Source: Octopus bimaculoides (Eukaryota). From it: DNA of 51,894 bases. Position numbers and translations under genes: made by a program. The stretch covers positions 3,420,178-3,472,071 of the forward strand of contig NC_069007.1 in the NCBI RefSeq assembly GCF_001194135.2. Reading direction: 5' to 3'. Below are positions 23,812 through 36,575 of the stretch, in pieces; position 1 is the first letter of the stretch, and every line of letters starts with the position of its first letter. The notes beneath the pieces are model-generated. The model was not told the origin of the DNA. It was given only the letters and a program-made list of their open reading frames with translations, and made no database searches.

Positions 23812-25437
23812 GTATGTATAGACACACAGACAAACAGACAGACAGACAGATGTGTGTGTGTGATACAATGGACTTCCTTCAGTTTCTATCTACCAAATTC
23901 ACTTGCCCAAGGTGCCACACAGTGGCACTGAACCCGGAACCATGTGGTTTGGAAGCAAACTGCTTACCACACAGCCACACCTGTCACTAATAATTATTTC
24001 TCATACACATGAGTGCATAGATCACAAGATCAATGGCATATTTCATTCACTTTGATATACCTGAAAGTCCCGTAATATTGAACAAATTGTGAATCATCTC
24101 AAAACACAAAACAAAAAAAGAATAAGACAACTTGTTAATTTGGGAAGTTGTTATGAAAGCTAAGTGGTGCAGGCTCTGTAAGAGGGGCCACAGTAGCCCC
24201 GTTTCCATTGAAGAGCTTTCATCAGTGCATGGGACCAACATTGAGACTCTCTGCGCCACAAAATATTACAAGTTGTAAGAGCGAATGGGTGAAAAAGGAA
24301 AAATGTTCTGAAGTCAAAGATAATTATGTCATGAAAACAAAAGGACTTGCACATTATGTGTGTGTGTGTGTGTGTGTGCACGTGTGTGTACACATTCATA
24401 CAATACATATCTATATACATATACACACACATACTCATACATACACACACATACATATAGACCCACACATATATACACACACTCAGACACCATATCAATC
24501 CATACATGCATGCATGCATACACACATTAGATAACTTTGCTAACATATCTGAAGCTAACTATCCCAGAACTGCTGCTGCAATGCCTCCCCTCCTCCACCC
24601 TCACACATCCTCTCTCTCTCTCTCTCCCTCTCCCTCCCTCCCATAATCCATATAGCTTAAACAGGCAGTGCAACAGTCCAATGAGGACAGACTTCGAGGA
24701 AGAGGAGAGGTGGGCGAGGAATATAGGAAGATGAACAGAGAGATGATGAATAAAGCATGAATACACACGCGCACGCATACATGCATGCATACACATACAC
24801 ACTTGGTGCTGGGGAGGGGGGAAGGCGGCGGAGAGATTGGTGGGAGAGGTGAGGTNNNNNNNNNNNNNNNNNNNNNNNNNNNNNNNNNNNNNNNNNNNNN
24901 NNNNNNNNNNNNNNNNNNNNNNNNNNGGTTGGTGATGGAAGATGGTGGGAGGGTAGAGGTTAGATATGATGGTGGTGGGGAGGAAGGTGGTGGTGGTGGT
25001 GGTAGCGGGGTAAGGGGGATTTAAAAAAAAGGAGGCTGGTGAATAAAGGATGAGATAAAAACAATGAGAAAGAGAAAAATAGAGAGAATGGTTGATGAAT
25101 TATGAAGCAAGGAGGAGGAGGATGGGAGGGGGGGCGAAAAACAACAAGCAAACAAAAGGAAAAAAAAAAACTGGCGAATAAAAGGAACGAATTAAAAGGA
25201 ACAAACGAGAGAGAGAGAGAAGGAATGAATGCAGCCACAAATTGACTGAAAGAAAACCAAACAATAAAATGAACGAAAGGAAAGAATGAAATATAAAAAA
25301 AAATTAGGGAAACAAATACTATAAGTGGCGAATGAAAGGGGGGGGAAGGAATGAGGGGAAAGATGAAAGAATATATTGTAGACATCCTGGGGTGTTGACA
25401 ATGTCATATAGAAGATGCTCTGTTAAACTCCCTCGCT

Positions 25438-25845
25438 AAAGTACCATCCTGGGGCACATGTATGCTACTTGTCTAACCTGTCCTCCTTGAGGAAAGTACC
25501 ATCCTGGGACACATGTAAGCTACTTGTCTAACCTCTATTTCCCTTGAGTAAAGTACCATCCTGGGGCACATGTAAGCTACTTGTCTAACCTCTATTTCCC
25601 TTGAGTAAAGTACCATCCTGGGACACATGTAAGCTACTTGGCTAACCTCTATTTCCCTTGAGTAAAGTACCATCCTGGGACACATGTAAGCTACTTGTCT
25701 AACCTCTATTCTCTTTGAGTAAAGTACCATCCTGGGACATATGTAAGCTACTTGTCCAACCTGCCCTCCATGAATAAAGTACCATCCTGGGACACATGTA
25801 AGCTATTTGTCAAACCTCCGTCCACCATGAGTAAAGTACCACCCT
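25438..25845. repeat. 57-bp minisatellite, about 7 copies plus degenerate units to about 26100
   Basis: Unit AAAGTACCATCCTGGGACACATGTAAGCTACTTGTCTAACCTCTATTTCCCTTGAGT. Starts at 25438, 25493, 25550, 25607, 25664, 25721 and about 25776. Confidence 0.95.
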
Positions 25846-27639
25846 CATTAGCACACCAGGCAAATTGCTTAACGACATTCCATCTGTCTTTACATTCAGC
25901 TTCTCATCTAACCTCCATCCTCCACAACTAAAGTACCATCTTGGGGCACATATCAAACCTCCACGCTCCATGTAAGCATGTCGAGCCTATGTCCTCCATG
26001 ACTCTGGGCACATGTCAGCTACTCATCTAACTTCCATCCTCCATGACAAATACCATCCGGGTACACTGCCAATACCACATGTAAGCTATTTGCCTAAACT
26101 TAACTGGAAGTAAGTGTTGGCTACAGAAAGAGCATCCAGCCAGAGAAATCTGCTCCAGAGAATTCAGTGTGGTTCACGCAAGCATGGAAAAGTGGATGTT
26201 AAAACAGCCAGGTATTATATCATAAAACTATAGAAATCAGAAGGTATGAGGTGAAAACAGATCTGATAGCCAATTCTTTGTGAGAGTGCTTATTGTGAGT
26301 TTTGCTTCAGTTTTTGTAAATCACTCATTCTCATTTAATTGTATATATTTTAATTGTTTATTCGTCTCATTCGATCCCCCTGACCCCTAATGTTTGTTTT
26401 GTCTGTCCTTGTATCGTCCCCTCTTTTTCTCAACCTCGTGGTTAATGAAGAAATTGACTTTTTAAAGTATAAGAGTAACAATAGAAATTTTAAAAAAGGA
26501 GAAAAAAAAAATCCTGTGCTTATTTCTGTTGTCATGGTATCCAAAAGCTGAGATAAATCTCCCCTGCATGAAGATACTAATCTCTCCCATGGAAGGTTTC
26601 CAGATGATCTCATGATATCTATTTCTCCACCAAACTGTACTTCTGTGGGGGCAAATAAATTATTCTTTCCAGAAATTCAACGATATTTATGTTTATTTTA
26701 TTAATTACATCTTATTTGTATATTTATTTATAACATTATTTATTATTACTTATTATCATAATTATTATCATTAACGCAGTGAAGACAATTAGCTGACAGA
26801 CTCGTTAGCACACCAGGCAAATTGCTTAGCAGCATTCCGTCTGTCCTTACATTCTGAGTTCAAATTCCGCCGAGGTTGACTTTGCCTTTCGTCCTTTCGG
26901 GGTCGATAAAATAAGTACCAGTTGAATATTGGGATCGATGTACTCAACTTATCCCCTCCCCTAAAATTTCAGGCCTTGTGCCTATAGTAGAAAGGATTAT
27001 TATTATTATTCATTTCGTCCATCATGTACAAGTATATATATATATATATATATATTCATCTTTATTTTACATATTTCAATGTTAGAAAAATTGAAGGAAG
27101 TCTCTGACAATTCTGAGGCATTGAACTTACTTTGTGTGTGACTTTTGACCCACACTCTGTGTGTGTGTGTGTGTGTGTGCGCACAGATAAACGTATGTAC
27201 ATGTGTATGCATGTGCACACATGCCCTTGTCGTGACCTCATGGTTGCAAACAAGTGACACCATCATTCACGCAATGAAAGCAAGTGAGGGTTAGCAACAG
27301 AAAAGGCATCCAGCTGCAGAAAAGAACTTGCCCCAACCAAAGTTCCATCTGTCCAGTGCAAGCATAGAAAAGTGGGTGTCGAACGAAGATAGTGCGGATG
27401 AAGACTAAACTAAGCAATACATCATCCAGTACCTTATTCACTTAGTCACTCCTGTACCTGTAAAGCTAACCATGGCTTCTACAAATAAACATGTGAGCCA
27501 GTATCGGGGGAGTGGCCATCTTATACAATAGTACCCGTCACCCTGCAGACAACTTGAATATAACTACAGAAAGAAAGAGAAAAAATCTCATGTCACACCT
27601 AGCTTAGAGCCCAGGTTAGTCATGATTGAATAGACATCA

Positions 27640-27866
27640 TTATCATCATCATCGTTTAACGTCCGCTTTCCATGCTAGCATGGGTTGGACGATTTGATTG
27701 AGGACTGGTGAAACCGGATGGCAACACCAGGCTCCAGTCTGATTTGGCAGAGTTTCTACAGCTGGATGCCCTTCCTAACGCCAACCACTCAGAGAGTGTA
27801 GTGGGTGCTTTTACGTGTCACCCGCACGAAAACGGCCACGCTCGAAATGGTGTCTTTTATGTGCCA
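27640..27866 (-). mobile_element. Retroposon family D (3' tail ending in (GAT)n), representative copy
   Basis: GTGGTTGGCGTTAGGAAGGGCATCCAGCTGTAGAAACTCTGCC..CCAACCCATGCTAGCATGGAAAGCGGACGTTAAACGATGATGATG on the minus strand. Other copies at about 860-1045(+), 1755-1990(-), 12200-12430(+), 14485-14640(-), 16320-16530(-), 18015-18175(-), 22340-22480(-), 22505-22755(+), 33895-34140(-), 37640-37860(+), 38185-38505(-). Confidence 0.85.
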
Positions 27867-29218
27867 NNNNNNNNNNNNNNNNNNNNNNNNNNNNNNNNNN
27901 NNNNNNNNNNNNNNNNNNNNNNNNNNNNNNNNNNNNNNNNNNNNNNNNNNNNNNNNNNNNNNNNNNNNNNNNNNNNNNNNNNNNNNNNNNNNNNNNNNNN
28001 NNNNNNNNNNNNNNNNNNNNNNNNNNNNNNNNNNNNNNNNNNNNNNNNNNNNNNNNNNNNNNNNNNNNNNNNNNNNNNNNAGGCACTTGAAATTTCTTCT
28101 AAAACATTTTATTACATTTAAATTTCTGTCTTACAAACTGAGAAGAGAGCTTGACAAAATTAACTAAATTAATATAGGCACAGGTGTGGTCGTGTGGTAA
28201 GTAGCTTGCTTACCATCCACATGGTTCCGGGTTCATTCCCACTGCATGGCACCTTGGGCAAGAGTCTTCTTCTATAGCCTCGAGCCGACCAAAGCCTTGT
28301 GAGTGGATTTGGTAGACGGAAACTGAAAGAAGCCCGCCGTGTGTATGTGTAGTGTGTGTGTTTGTGTGTCTGTGTTTGTCCCCCCAACATCGCTTGACAA
28401 CCAATTATGGTTTGATAAATAGATACATAGATGTGTGAGTATGTATGTATGGGTGAGTGTGGGCACCTGTGGGCACAAATGTAGGTGTGAGGTGAGTAAC
28501 TGAATATGTGTGTGCGTGTGTGTGCATGCATACCCAGTATACACGACACTCGACAGTAACACAGCAGATATCACTACATACCAACATACGATCCGTATAT
28601 ACTAGCTGAACCTTTTAGGAAACACACACACACACGTGTATGTTACTAATGGTGTCAGGTGCATGAAAAGAAAACTCAGTTTTTAAAAAACTAAATAAAA
28701 ACCAGATTAATTGCAAGCTATCTTTATACTTATCAAGGAAACGTTGGTGGGTGGGGGCGAACGCACAGGTAGAACAGTGCTTTACTTAAATCATACAAAT
28801 TTTAATATCTGATTAATTGAAAGTTTCCGACAGTCCATGCTGCTTTTAGGTTGGGATGGTCATCACGGAATGTATGTGACTACTACGAAATGGCTTCCGT
28901 AGGTCAATCAAGAGACTCTCTTGCTGACAGAGTAAATATTTAACTAGACACTGGCGGAAAACGTTTATAAACATCATGCATGATCCAGAATATAGCTCAA
29001 CTGTATATTAACTTCACGGCTGTGTAGTAAAGCAACTGGTTTTGCAGAAGCAGCAGCAAATACATGGTTTCAGGGTTCAATCCCACTGCGTGGCACATTG
29101 AGGAAGTGCTTTCTGCTATAGCTCTAAGCCAACCAAAATCTTGTGAGACAGTTTGGCAAATGGAAACCGTGTGGAAGTACCCATCACACGCACACACACA
29201 TAATATGTGTATATATAA

Positions 29219-29423
29219 ATAAGGTGGTGCTGAAAGTTCCTGGCTTTAAGAGTGTCGCAAAAGGCCTGGTTGGAGGCCCAGTCTTCCAAGTTCTTTTACA
29301 GAGCTTAGGAAAACCGAAGGGCCGCTGCAATAAGTGTGTGAACCTGAGAAGGGAATATGTTGAACAAAATCATAATTAACTGACCCTCCTGTATTTTCTT
29401 TTACCTAAACCCAGGAATTTTTC
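29219..29423 (+). mobile_element. Mariner-derived MITE, copy 3
   Basis: GGTGCTGAAAGTTCCTGG ... CCCAGGAATTTTTC. Interior encodes LQSLGKPKGRCNKCVNLRREYVEQ. Confidence 0.8.
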
Positions 29424-29822
29424 TGTATATATAGACTTGAGTGTGTGTGTGTGTGTGTGTGAGAGAGAAAGTGTGTCTTTGTGTTTGTAACTCCCACCTG
29501 AAAACTGCACTGATTTGCTTATGGCCCCATAACTTAGTTTGGCAAAAGAGCCTCGGGCCGACCAAAGCCTTGTGAGTGGATTTGGTAGACGGAAACTGAA
29601 TGAAGCCTGTTTATTTGTACGTTTGTTTGTGTATGTGTCTGTCCCCCCACCATCACTTGACAACCAATGCTGGTGTATTTACGTCCCTGTAACTTAGCAG
29701 TTCGGCAAACGGGTCCGATAGAAATAGTACTAGGCTTACAAAGAATAAGTCCTGGGATTGATTTGCTCGACTAAAGGCGGTGCTTCAGCATGGCCGCAGC
29801 CAAAGGACTGAAACAAGTAAAA

Positions 29823-29861
<39 letters not shown>

Positions 29862-30889
29862 NNNNNNNNNNNNNNNNNNNNNNNNNNNNNNNNNNNNNNN
29901 NNNNNNNNNNNNNNNNNNNNNNNNNNNNNNNNNNNNNNNNNNNNNNNNNNNNNNNNNNNNNNNNNNNNNNNNNNNNNNNNNNNNNNNNNNNNNNNNNNNN
30001 NNNNNNNNNNNNNNNNNNNNNNNNNNNNNNNNNNNNNNNNNNNNNNNNNNNNNNNNNNNNNNNNNNNNNNNNNNNNNNNNNNNNNNNNNNNNNNNNNNNN
30101 NNNNNNNNNNNNNNNNNNNNNNNNNNNNNNNNNNNNNNNNNNNNNNNNNNNNNTTTTAAAAAACACATATATGTATATATACATATATATATATATAATA
30201 AAACTACTGGTCCTACCCTCAGCTTCCCACCCCTTCCCGGGTCCTCCACTCCCACCCAGCTGGTTAGAAAAAAATTCCAAAAAACAAAATAGCAATAGGC
30301 GGTGGTAGGGAGGTTCTTTTTCACTGAAACCATAGTAACATTTGTCTGTAAAAATGTTCACCCCCGCCCTCGTGCTAGATAGAAAATACTGGCTGGTTAG
30401 CTTCCTCTCTCTCTCTCTCTCTAAATCCTCATCATCATCAGCAGCACCAGCATCATTATTATCTGGCATACTTCTCTGCCGATCACCCCCTCCAACCTCC
30501 TCTTTCTTTCTTTATTTTCTTCTTCCTCTCCCGTCCCACCCACCTGGCATTTCTATCTAAGAGATAGATATCTCTTACTCTATCTGTCTCTTTTTTTCTA
30601 CCTCGTTTCCACAAGCCATGTGATTATTAGACGTAGGTACATGTGAGGCAGCGAGCGGTATCCCATTTGTGAAGACGAAGGAACACACACACACACACAG
30701 ACATGCATACATACATGTAAGCACACAGACACACACTCGCAAATACATACATACACATACGCGCATATGCGTGCATACACACACCACACCCAACGGTAAT
30801 GCTGTTAAAAACTTTACTGGTGCTCACACTACTACTTCAACTCGCGCTGCTATTTCTGCTCCTACTACTAATACAACTACCACCACCAC

Positions 30890-31075
30890 CACCACCACCG
30901 CCGCCAATGCCGCCGGAGACCCCGCTTTTATCAACATAATTACATTCATACTAAAGCCGCCGTTTCTACCCTGGCGGGACTAGAGTGGGTGTGGTCTCGG
31001 CACGGGCAGCGCAGGCGCACTACGTGTGCGCACTTAGCGCTCAACTACAGTGCGCATGCACACGGGCGCTCGGAT
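30890..31075. promoter_or_regulatory. CpG-rich promoter-like patch with NRF1-type motifs
   Basis: Roughly 20 CpGs in about 185 bp of otherwise AT-rich DNA. Contains GCGCAGGCGCA (31009-31019), GTGCGCAC, and ACTACA adjacent to GTGCGCATGCA (31050-31060). It is not part of any repeat family seen in the window. Confidence 0.5.
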
Positions 31076-31635
31076 TGTAAGTGCTTGGAGCCAGAAATAG
31101 TAACCCGTTCTCCCTCAATCCATATCACCCTTTATTTTGTTTATTTTTTATTTGATGCATTGGGTAACTGCATTCCAGGTCATGTTACCCAATTCTTGGA
31201 AAAATGAGACCTTTTGTATTATATTTTATTTACTTGGTTAAGTCATTAGTCTTGGGGTTATATGGTGGGGCACTGCCATGAATGGTAAGTATTCGTTGAG
31301 TTCTGGTACTTATTCTATAGGTCTCTACCGAACCGAGAAGTTACGAGGACGTAAACAAACCAACACCGGTTAGGTGGTGGACACACACACACAAAATAAA
31401 AGTATTCTTTATCCACCAATGCTGTGCTGAAGCACTTATTCTCATTGTTGGAGGCTTACGTGTGTGTGTGCATAAATATATATACATATATACACGAGCG
31501 TAGCTAGGGTGTATGTCGCCCCCGGGACCCCACAGAAAACATCGCCTACAGCAGACCCAAAAGTGGTGTTCATTTCAAAGTACCGCCCTCCCCTAGGTAC
31601 GATAGTGTCTCTCTCTCTCTCTCTCTCTATCTCTA

Positions 31636-31668
<33 letters not shown>

Positions 31669-34476
31669 CTNNNNNNNNNNNNNNNNNNNNNNNNNNNNNN
31701 NNNNNNNNNNNNNNNNNNNNNNNNNNNNNNNNNNNNNNNNNNNNNNNNNNNNNNNNNNNNNNNNNNNNNNNNNNNNNNNNNNNNNNNNNNNNNNNNNNNN
31801 NNNNNNNNNNNNNNNNNNNNNNNNNNNNNNNNNNNNNNNNNNNNNNNNNNNNNNNNNNNNNNNNNNNNNNNNNNNNNNNNNNNNNNNNNNNNNNNNNNNN
31901 NNNNNNNNNNNNNNNNNNNNNNNNNNNNNNNNNNNNNNNNNNNNNNNNNNNNNNNNNNNNNNNNNNNNNNNNNNNNNNNNNNNNNNNNNNNNNNNNNNNN
32001 NNNNNNNNNNNNNNNNNNNNNNNNNNNNNNNNNNNNNNNNNNNNNNNNNNNNNNNNNNNNNNNNNNNNNNNNNNNNNNNNNNNNNNNNNNNNNNNNNNNN
32101 NNNNNATACTACAGTAATGGCGGTTTTTCCTAGCACGGTCACAAACCTCTGGCTGAAACCGATAATAGAACAATGGAATGCAGTCGACGGATGTACTCAA
32201 AAGAGGGGGGGGGGTTAATAAAATAAAAAAACGAGGCTGAATCGTGACATAGCAGCCCCCAAGTAGCAAGAAAGAAAGAAACGGGCAAACAAAAAAAGCG
32301 CGGGCGTAGTTGTGTAGGAAGAAGCACTTGCTTCACAACCCTGTCCCACAGCACGGCGTCTTCTACGCTATAAGGCCCCGGGGCCGACCAAAGCCTTGCG
32401 TGTGGATTTGGTAGAAGCATGTGCGTTTGGATGGACTGACAGACAGACAGATAGATAGATGTATATCTCAATGTGTTCGTGTTTGTACCCATCACCGCTT
32501 GAGGTTGATTTGTTCAACTAAAGTTTAACCACTAAACCCTTTCTTGGCCGCAGCAAAAAGGACAAATATAAACTAAAATTGTGTATGTGTGTGTATACAG
32601 TTTCTACATACTGGTTCAGTAACTGTTCTTCGTAGTTTAAGTCAATCACATCAATACCAGTGATTTATTATTATTATTANNNNNNNNNNNNNNNNNNNNN
32701 NNNNNNNNNNNNNNNNNNNNNNNNNNNNNNNNNNNNNNNNNNNNNNNNNNNNNNNNNNNNNNNNNNNNNNNNNNNNNNNNNNNNNNNNNNNNNNNNNNNN
32801 NNNNNNNNNNNNNNNNNNNNNNNNNNNNNNNNNNNNNNNNNNNNNNNNNNNNNNNNNNNNNNNNNNNNNNNNNNNNNNNNNNNNNNNNNNNNNNNNNNNN
32901 NNNNNNNNNNNNNNNNNNNNNNNNNNNNNNNNNNNNNNNNNNNNNNNNNNNNNNNNNNNNNNNNNNNNNNNNNNNNNNNNNNNNNNNNNNNNNNNNNNNN
33001 NNNNNNNNNNNNNNNNNNNNNNNNNNNNNNNNNNNNNNNNNNNNNNNNNNNNNNNNNNNNNNNNNNNNNNNNNNNNNNNNNNNNNNNNNNNNNNNNNNNN
33101 NNNNNNNNNNNNNNNNNNNNNNNNNNNNNNNNNNNNNNNNNNNNNNNNNNNNNNNNNNNNNNNNNNNNNNNNNNNNNNNNNNNNNNNNNNNNNNNNNNNN
33201 NNNNNNNNNNNNNNNNNNNNNNNNNNNNNNNNNNNNNNNNNNNNNNNNNNNNNNNNNNNNNNNNNNNNNNNNNNNNNNNNNNNNNNNNNNNNNNNNNNNN
33301 NNNNNNNNNNNNNNNNNNNNNNNNNNNNNNNNNNNNNNNNNNNNNNNNNNNNNNNNNNNNNNNNNNNNNNNNNNNNNNNNNNNNNNNNNNNNNNNNNNNN
33401 NNNNNNNNNNNNNNNNNNNNNNNNNNNNNNNNNNNNNNNNNNNNNNNNNNNNNNNNNNNNNNNNNNNNNNNNNNNNNNNNNNNNNNNNNNNNNNNNNNNN
33501 NNNNNNNNNATATATATATATATATATATATATATAGGCTAGTAGTACTTGTTGCGCTAGACTTCCTTCGTAAGTCCAGTGATAATAGAGAAAGAGGCAA
33601 TGGAGGACAGGTAGAGGATGCAACTGGAAGTTTTTAGCTTGACCCTGCACACACAGGCAACCATAGGGTGGTGCTTGCTTTCTACAGTCCTGCACTGTGT
33701 CACTGGGCCCTGCTGAAGCCCCCTTTGTTGAAGTAACGAGAGAGTCCATTAATCTGTTGACGCACGGTTCATCTGCTACAATTAGTTATCACAAAAACGT
33801 TGTTAAACTTGCTGGTTCAGAATTACCAGAATCCCATCTTCATCAGCTCTTGTGAATCACTGTCACCTCAGCTCTCCTCTAGTTTCGGCATGACATCTTT
33901 GAATTGTCCATCTTCCATACTAGCATGGGCTGATGAGTTTGAAGACCACATCATGCTCTATTGTCTGCTTTGGCATGTTTACTATGGTTGGATGCCCTTC
34001 CTAATGCCAACCACTTTACAGGGTGTGCTGGGTGAGGTCACCAAATAATCTGCAAGACATGACCCCTCAACTGACTTGTATTGATAGATAGGTGTTTGTG
34101 GAACCAGCACTAGTGAGGTCACCATGCAGCTTGCAAGATTGAGACTGTCATGAACTGAGGGAGGCAGTTTTTATGGTAGGGGATGAGGGGGTTAAAGTAT
34201 GAAACAAGGGGCCAGAACAGAAAAGATTTCTTGCTGTAGAACAGCAATATAGCTGCTGGCATGAAAGATGAGAGGGTGAGAATGGCCGGAGTGAAAGGGG
34301 AGAGAGAAATAAAATGGCAGTGATGAGGTGTCAGGGGGGGAGGACCCTCAAGATGAGTAATAGTGAGTGGGAATCGGGATTGCAAAAGTGAATAGGGAGA
34401 GATAGAGATGGGGAAGAGTGAAGGGGTGAACATAAAGAAAGAAGATCAAATGTTGAGGAATGACAAATAAACAAGA

Positions 34477-34714
34477 CAGGGGGTCCGTGGACAGCAAATA
34501 CTTTTTATGGGCAATTTGATTTTATATATGTTCTTTAATCGAAATCTTTTAATTGACAATGAACCTATTTGTTAAATACTGTTAAATAAATGTAAAAATA
34601 TGTTATTTTAAGCAAATATTTATGTATAAATTTCATAAGCGTTTATAAGGGGGTCCCTAAGGTAAAGTCTGAAATATAAAGGGGTCCGCAAGTCAAAAAG
34701 TTTGAAAACCCCTG
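34477..34714 (+). mobile_element. hAT (Charlie-like) MITE remnant
   Basis: GGGGTCC subterminal motifs and the end AAAAAGTTTGAAAACCCCTG. Confidence 0.5.
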
Positions 34715-34943
34715 CACTAGAAGGAAGGTACGGATGAGTAGGTGTTGACTGTAAAGCATTGATTCTCAGCCATTTTTTACCTGTAGACCCCTTTGATTAC
34801 TATTTTATTCTCTTGGACCCTCCACAGCTCTCTGAGGTCTTAGAAATTCTCTTCTATTTTTATAATTAAATACTATTTGCATTTGGATTTTTTTTTAATG
34901 TTAAAATATTTGGAACATTGCAGAATTGTAACCAATTTATTGC

Positions 34944-35278
34944 ACAGGCGTGGCTGTGTGGTAAGATGGTTTTGCTTCCCAACCACATGGTTCCAGGTTC
35001 AGTCCCACTGCGTGGCACCTTGGGCAAGTGTATTCGACTCTAGCCTCGGGCCGACCAAAGCCTTGTGAATGGATATGGTAGGCGGAAACTGAAAGAAGGC
35101 TATTGTATGTGTGTGTGTGTCTGGTGTATTTAGGTCTCCATAACTTAGCAGTTCGGGAAAATGGACCAATAGAATAAGTACTAGGCTTACAAAGAATAAG
35201 TCCTAGGGTCGATTTGTTTGACTAAAGGCGGTGCTCCAGCGTGGCTGCAATCAAATGACTGAAACAAGTAAAAGAATA
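34944..35278 (+). mobile_element. SINE family A, near full length
   Basis: Colinear with 2031-2404 from head to tail. Confidence 0.9.
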
Positions 35279-36129
35279 TATTTTAACAAGTAACTAAATC
35301 TTGTATGGACCCTGCTGGGACCATATGCACCTTGGTTGAGAATCCCTGCTGCATAGATTTGGTAGAGTTGAGGGGTGGATGTTGCGAATGGCAGACAGGG
35401 GCAGGAGGTAAGGGAGAAAAGGTAACGGCTGAGGGAGAGAAAGAGGTGAAAAGCAGCAGAACAGAGTAATGGTGACAGAGCAGACAGGGGAAGAACAAGA
35501 GAAGAGAGAGAGAGAGAGAGACGATATGTGGGTGGGGAGAAAGGAAGGGTGTCAGGGGAGTGGCAGACAGTGCATCAGAAGAATGAGAGATGTATGGTGG
35601 TGTTGGTGGTGGAGGAGAGATAATTTGGTGGCAGAGAAGGGAGTTCAATCTGAGTGGAAGAAGACAGTATTAAGAAGGAGGGGTGGATATCAGGGTTAAG
35701 ATAACTGGTATCAGAGGAAAAGATGATAAACTATGCAGTACTCTTCCCGTTTAATTACAGTAGCAGAAGACTGCAGTTAAGGAGCTGATGGAAGGGTCGG
35801 TGAGAGAGAGATGGAGGTAGGGGATGGCTTGAGGAAGAAATTGGGAGAGGGACCCGGTTGTGCATATATCATCATCATTTAATCTACGCTGGCCTGGGTT
35901 GGACAGTTTGACAGGATCCGAGAAGCCACAGGCCTACGTCAAGCACATATGTCAGTGGGGTCACCAAATCACTTGCAAGACAATAGAGAAAGAAAAGGCT
36001 CACTCGACCGAGTGGGCAGATGTACTTGAATGAGGGCAAGGTAGCTTTATGCCAAATATTCGGAAGCTGAAGTGTGTTAGAGGGACATATACACATTGTA
36101 CCTCTAGAATCTCACTTTCAGGAAGGTTT

Positions 36130-36285
36130 TCTCAAGAACTGCATAATGCCAGGTATCCTAGGTCTCTGTCTTCTTCTCCAAGAGGTTTAAGGCCTTGAGG
36201 TCAGCCTTTACTACTTTATCGCATGTATTCCTAGACCTCTCTCTTCCACAAACTCCATCCCCACACTAAGTGATTGACCTACCAA
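36130..36285 (-). mobile_element. RTE LINE ORF 3' end remnant
   Basis: Minus strand reads VCGRERSRNTCDKVVKADLKALNLLEKKTET*DTWHYAVLEKT, resembling the RTE terminal GRGRPRKTW..V..DL..L.L...DR..WR motif. Confidence 0.7.
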
Positions 36286-36315
36286 TGAGAAATAAATTCG
36301 ACTTAGCGGTTCAAC

Positions 36316-36575
36316 CAGTGCTGTAGAGTCAAAACAAAAAACTTCGACTCCTGTACTATTGGCACCTCTGATTCTGGTTCCGACTCCTCTTTATGTAATT
36401 AAATGATTGTGGTCTACATATCTCATAAAGCATATGAATACGCCTGTATTTGAGTAGGCCTATAGGTTATAATTGGTTTATATTAAAGAATAAAGACATT
36501 GTGAGTCGGAATTGGTATAGTTTTACCGACTCCAGCTACCCCTTAATTGTTTCCGACTCTGACTCCACAGTCCTG
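36316..36575. mobile_element. hAT-like MITE with 15-bp TIRs and 8-bp TSD
   Basis: TIRs CAGTGCTGTAGAGTC / GACTCCACAGTCCTG match 12/15, with internal CCGACTC repeats. Flanks are GGTTCAAC (36308-36315) and GTTTCAAC (36576-36583). Confidence 0.8.

Noticed and set aside
24160-24340. Unique, coding-looking stretch
   Set aside because: No recognisable motif in any frame I translated and no paired splice sites.
25438-25845. CRISPR-like array
   Set aside because: The units are contiguous with no unique spacers, the DNA is eukaryotic and there are no cas genes. It is a minisatellite.
26500-26660. Unique segment with an acceptor-like TTTGCCCCCACAG and two open frames
   Set aside because: No donor and no recognisable homology.
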